DNA of 64,000 nucleotides from an uncultured Acidimicrobiales bacterium (GTDB lineage Bacteria; Actinomycetota; Acidimicrobiia; Acidimicrobiales; JAHEJN01): NCBI GenBank assembly GCA_963700995.1, contig CAVOZP010000006.1, positions 136,006 to 200,005 of the forward strand, read 5' to 3'. Shown piece by piece: positions 61,190 to 64,000 of this stretch (position 1 is its first letter; each line of letters starts with the position of its first letter). The notes under the pieces were generated by a model. It saw only the letters and a program-made list of their open reading frames with translations, ran no database searches and was not told where the DNA came from. The position numbers and the translations under genes were made by a program.

Positions 61190-62501
61190 GCGTCACCAGT
61201 TTCATCGAACTCGGCGAATGTGCCGAGCGAGCCGGGCGCGATGGGGACGGCCTCGAAGTTGGCTGAGGGAACCGCAGCATTGTCGCGATGCTCACGGTCG
61301 AGAAGGGCGAGGACCGCACGTGAGACGTCATCCCCCAGACTGGTCGGTAGCGGTGTGCCGTCACGAATGGCATCGTCGACGTGGCGCTCTCTCGGAGACG
61401 AAGACCGGGCTCGCAAGCCCACGGCGAGCGCCGTCGAGCAGCTCGGCGAAGCTCTAGGTGACCTCGGCCCGCTGGCGCACGCCGCTGGTCCCCGATTGAT
61501 GACGGGCAGGATCGTTTCGGCGGCGACACCGAAGTCGAGCAGAGCCGACACGACGCGGACGAGGGAGTGCAGTCCCTTCACTCCGGGATTGCCTACGACG
61601 ACAGTGAGCGAGGCTCGGCGCGAGCGGCGCGCGCCAGGAGGTTTCCCACTTCGATCTCCACCACACCCGTCTCGGGCTCACCCTCGATGTCGGCATCGAC
61701 ATCGGCCACCACCAGCCGGTATGAGTGCAACAGGCCGGCCACAGCGGCGTCGAAGGCGCGCGGTCGGAGTCCGGCCCAGTCGCGGTGGCGTCGGAGCCCC
61801 AGCAAGAGGTGATAGTCGCCCCTGTCGGTGGAGAAGACCATGGTGCGGATCTCGGCCGATGTCGGAGCACCGGTACGGAACGCCTCGACGACCTCCTGCA
61901 GACCGGGCACGACGTCACGGGCATCGTGCAGTACCGCCTGTTCGCCATCGAGCGCGAGGTCGGCGAGCAACACCAGTTGCCGGAAACGGGGATCGGTCGC
62001 GAGCGTCTGAGCGAGGGCCATCGACACCACGGAGGCGCCGGTACCGCCGGAGCCCGTCACGGCGATGAGGCGACCACTCCAGCTCGGTTTGACGGTGTCG
62101 TCAGTCGATGGCCCGAGCGTCAGTGTGTCGGCCCGGCTGATGGGACGGGCTCCGTTCTCGAGCGCATCCAACAAATCGCTGCGAGTGAAGTCGGCCTCAA
62201 GGATGCGACTTGCTCCCAGTGAGAGCCAATCGTGTTTGAGCCGGCGATCGTCGATGACGAAGACTGCCTCGCCGCTCTCGGCGACGACGTCGAGCAGATC
62301 GCGGTCGGCTCCGGGGAGGCTCCCGTCGATCAATAGCGCCGAGTAGGGGCGACCGGCAGCGAGGCGAGCACGAACCTCTTCGACGGTGAGGCACTTCACG
62401 AACTCGGCGGGAATGGCCGCCGCGTTCGCCCATCGACCCACGTCGCGGAACCATGGCGAGCGTGCGTGGGCGAGCCCCAGAAGGACGAAGCGGTCAGCCA
62501 T
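61186..62501 (-). CDS. TadZ/CpaE-like MinD-type ATPase; frameshifts near 61600-61640 and 61400-61480
   Basis: IAVTGSGGTGAS deviant Walker A, LLADL, VVAD, VINR; upstream of tadA. Confidence 0.75.
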
Positions 62502-62537
62502 GGTGACCTCCGTAGCTGCGGCCGAGCGGCGCGGTCC

Positions 62538-63311
62538 TCAACCGTCGACCCCGTCGGCAGGGGCCGTCGTGGCCGCACCGTCGAAACGGAACGAGTCGGG
62601 AAGCTCCTGATCGGTGACCTTTGTGGCCCGCACCACGGTGAGCTCCTCGGCGTCGTCGACCGCGTTCACGGCGGCGAGCACGGTCGACGGGTCGGCGAGG
62701 GCGACGGTGATCGTGACCCCGCCGGTGCTCGACAGCAGACCGTCGCTCGCCTCGGTGATGCGCAGGACTGGCGCGTCGCGGAACACGACCACCGTGTCGG
62801 ATTCGCTCTGGACGGAGTACGTGGCCACGAGGTCGATGGTCTCGCCCGGCCGGATCTGGCCGTCGACGGCACGAGCCGCCGCGATCGAGAACGAGAACTC
62901 CCGCCATGGCGGGTCGTCGGGCTCTTCGCCGGGTGCCAACAACAAGACGTCGCTCCGCTGGAGCATCTCACCCGCGAAGAGGAACGATGGCGACGGCTCC
63001 GATGACCGCGCTCGGGTCGCTGAACACCGTGGCGGTGACCGAGTCGGGGAGCTCGATCTTCTCCATCTGCAAGTCGGCGGCAGTCACCCGTTGCCCGGCC
63101 TCAACTCGTTCGGCCAGCACCACGAAGCTCGTGTCGGGTTCACCGACGGCCTGGCGGTAAGCGACGAACAATCCGATGGCGGCCACGGTCACCAGGAGCG
63201 CTCCGACGACGGCGCGGCCGGTGGGTAGGCCACGACGGCGTGTGATGGACGGTCCCGGCCGCGGTCGGTGATCTCGGGCGGCGTGGCGTACGGGCTGTCT
63301 TTGGTACTCAT
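62538..63311 (-). CDS. cpaB: SAF domain / CpaB-like Flp pilus assembly protein; frameshifted
   Basis: TM helix, VEAGQRVTAADL SAF motif, IRPGETIDLVAT; start approximate. Confidence 0.75.
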
Positions 63312-63341
63312 CAACGAACCTTGGAAGGCTTCGGCATGGCA

Positions 63342-63388
63342 CCGAAGGTATCGAAAGTATCGAAAGTTGTCGAAGAGTGTCGTACACT
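63342..63388. promoter_or_regulatory. Phased direct repeats and -10-like TACACT in the tad/HTH divergent promoter
   Basis: CGAA/CGTA cores at 63343, 63352, 63361, 63371, 63381 (9-10 bp period). Confidence 0.55.
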
Positions 63389-63397
63389 CAGGGACTT

Positions 63398-63667
63398 ATG
63401 GCATCCGAAGACACTTCCACCGACGGGCGGCCGGCGCAGGCTCGAGCGCGGGCCAAACAGATTGGCTGAGCACCAAGGAAGCGGCCCGGCGTTCGGCATC
63501 ACCGCGCACGCTGTACCGCTTCATCGACGAGGGCGACCTGCCCGCGTACCGTTCGGCCGGGTTATCGTCTCAAACCGGCCGACATCGACGCGTACGTCGA
63601 ATCGTGTCGTATCGAACCCGGCACCCTCGAACATCTGTATCCCGAAGCGAACCCGCCGTCGAAGTAG
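63398..63667 (+). CDS. Excisionase-like (HTH_17, BldC-like) DNA-binding protein; frameshifted
   Basis: WLSTKEAARR...RTLYRFIDEGDLPAYR...DIDAYVE pieced over frames. Confidence 0.75.
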
Positions 63668-63684
63668 CCGTCGGGAAGGCGGGG

Positions 63685-64000
63685 TCACGTCGAAGCCACC
63701 TCGGCGATCGACGCCACCGGAATCGCGGCCATCGCCCTATCGGGCCCGTCGAGGCCGAGGTTCAAGACGTCGCGGCCGACCGATCGCAACGTGCCGGCCA
63801 CCGACTGGTTCGGGCCGCGGAAGATGATCAGCACCCGGGGTCGATCGGCGCTCAGCTCGTGCAACGCCTCGGTGAACAGGATGTCGATGGTCAGCGTGCG
63901 ATCGCCGAACGTCGCCGCCTCGCCCGCCCTGCGGGCGCACGTAGGAGACAGCGTCGAACGGCACCAGGATGTCGTGGTCCTGGAGGGTTCGCATGAGCAC
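63685..64000 (-). CDS. Hypothetical protein, 3' part only
   Basis: Coding-like frame(s) running in from the window end to TGA at 63685 (...ASIAEVAST*). Confidence 0.45.
   Translation of the reverse strand, partial: CSCEPSRTTTSWCRSTLSPTCARRAGEAATFGDRTLTIDILFTEALHELSADRPRVLIIFRGPNQSVAGTLRSVGRDVLNLGLDGPDRAMAAIPVASIAEVAST

Noticed and set aside
16547-63667. Roughly 20 or more frameshifted genes as pseudogenes or programmed frameshifts
   Set aside because: The indels are scattered through otherwise intact genes with conserved motifs on both sides, with no in-frame stop decay or obvious slippery sites. Uncorrected long-read errors are the simplest explanation.
63398-63667. Excisionase as evidence of a mobile element
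   Set aside because: No integrase or att site nearby; stand-alone HTH_17 regulators are common in actinobacteria.

Overview
High-GC actinobacterial DNA, with gene content and style suggesting Acidimicrobiia (inference). It carries many scattered single-base frameshifts that look like long-read assembly errors. 1-25.5 kb is a catabolic region: a proline-racemase-family gene, two amidohydrolase/hydrolase/FAH cassettes, a GntR regulator, a two-component pair, and a LIV-type ABC transporter leading a long sugar/sugar-acid operon (Gfo/Idh/MocA, TIM-barrel epimerases, xylA, Tm-1-like, PEP-hydrolase-family, cupin, enolase-superfamily). 26-30 kb is a probable hypoxia islet with DosR-like boxes. 30-52 kb holds acetoacetate-CoA ligase, xylB, tRNA-Cys, tRNA-Val, repeat-rich surface proteins, a cation-chloride cotransporter, ndh, aqpZ, arfB and a haloalkane dehalogenase. 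56.4-63.3 kb is a Tad/Flp pilus operon divergent from a small Xis/BldC-like HTH gene. The standout is a tightly coupled four-gene TOMM/YcaO operon at 53.0-56.3 kb (E1-like protein, YcaO, SagB-type oxidase). Its only candidate substrate is an integral membrane protein with an acidic leader-like N-terminus followed by eight consecutive cysteines. The operon sits in a 4.3 kb segment bracketed by two related 50-bp palindromic elements. All calls come from reading motifs by eye; no database searches were run.
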